DNA of 27,458 nucleotides from a virus. Lineage: Duplodnaviria > Heunggongvirae > Uroviricota > Caudoviricetes. The stretch lies in IMG/VR virus record IMGVR_UViG_2703718852_000003, positions 1-27,458 of that record. One strand, 5' to 3'. The translations under genes and the position numbers were made by a program. The notes under the pieces are model-generated. The model was not told the DNA's origin. It saw only the letters and a list, made by a program, of their open reading frames with translations, and searched no databases. Positions 27,036-27,458 of the stretch are shown here, piece after piece; positions within the stretch are counted from its first letter, which is position 1, and every line of letters begins with the position of its first letter.

Positions 27036-27458
27036 TTATCGTTGTAAGAGTGATTTAATATTGTTGGCGACTACTTCAGGATTATTATCATAGACCATAT
27101 AATACTTATCACTAAGTAAAGGTAATGATAGGTTTACGACCTCCTCGTCTTCTTTTTTTAATAAGGTCAAAAGTTTTACGTCGCCACTCGATATTTCGCT
27201 GGCTAAAACTGCCCTTAATTCTTTTTGAGGCCATTCCTTATTGACTGAATTAGCAGATAAAATAGCGATGACATATTTTGATTTAACTAGTGCTGCATTT
27301 ATTTTCTCAATTAAGGAGTCGCCCCATTTTATCTCAACATGATCTATGAAGGCTGAAATTTTAAGTTTAGTTAACTCGTCATATATTGGAATTGCAATGC
27401 CTTTTTTGTCTTCGCTTGCATGGCATATAAAAACATCAAAGTTTTCTGTTTCTTTCAT
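27036..27458 (-). CDS. TIR-domain protein (standalone, about 140 aa)
   Basis: N-terminal FDVFICHASEDK and conserved SANSVNKEWPQKEL block (S-x-x-S-x-W-x-x-E-L with putative catalytic Glu); AT-rich; start codon at the window edge, so upstream context is not visible. Confidence 0.75.
   Translation of the reverse strand: MKETENFDVFICHASEDKKGIAIPIYDELTKLKISAFIDHVEIKWGDSLIEKINAALVKSKYVIAILSANSVNKEWPQKELRAVLASEISSGDVKLLTLLKKEDEEVVNLSLPLLSDKYYMVYDNNPEVVANNIKSLLQR

Overview
This window reads as most of a mosaic, defective lambdoid prophage of an enterobacterium; family names below come from reading the translated ORFs against remembered families, with no database search run. Left to right: a tyrosine integrase with an AT-rich cargo ORF and an excisionase; a leftward early operon (two DUF551 proteins, an HD phosphohydrolase, YfdQ/YfdP-like proteins); a long GC-rich ORF-free leader with strong stem-loops; a cI-like/Cro-like immunity switch with a recurring TTGCG-N6-GCAA operator motif; a replication and nin-like block (YmfL/YmfM-like, O-like initiator with internal iterons, LexA-DNA-binding-domain-only protein, RusA, KilA-N, DUF968, phage 21/82-type Q). 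Between Q and the lysis cassette sits an AT-rich island: a C5-cytosine methyltransferase convergent with a two-gene operon encoding a DUF262 (GmrS/ParB-like) protein and an HEPN-like protein (R-x4-HG). This is the best candidate for an undescribed restriction-like defence module. Then come an amino-methyltransferase, S21-type pinholin, SAR endolysin, Rz/Rz1, a cos-like site, and a heavily deleted structural region (truncated terS, protease-capsid fused to gpI, truncated J, tail fibre, tfa and pin remnants). A TIR-domain gene lies at the right edge.
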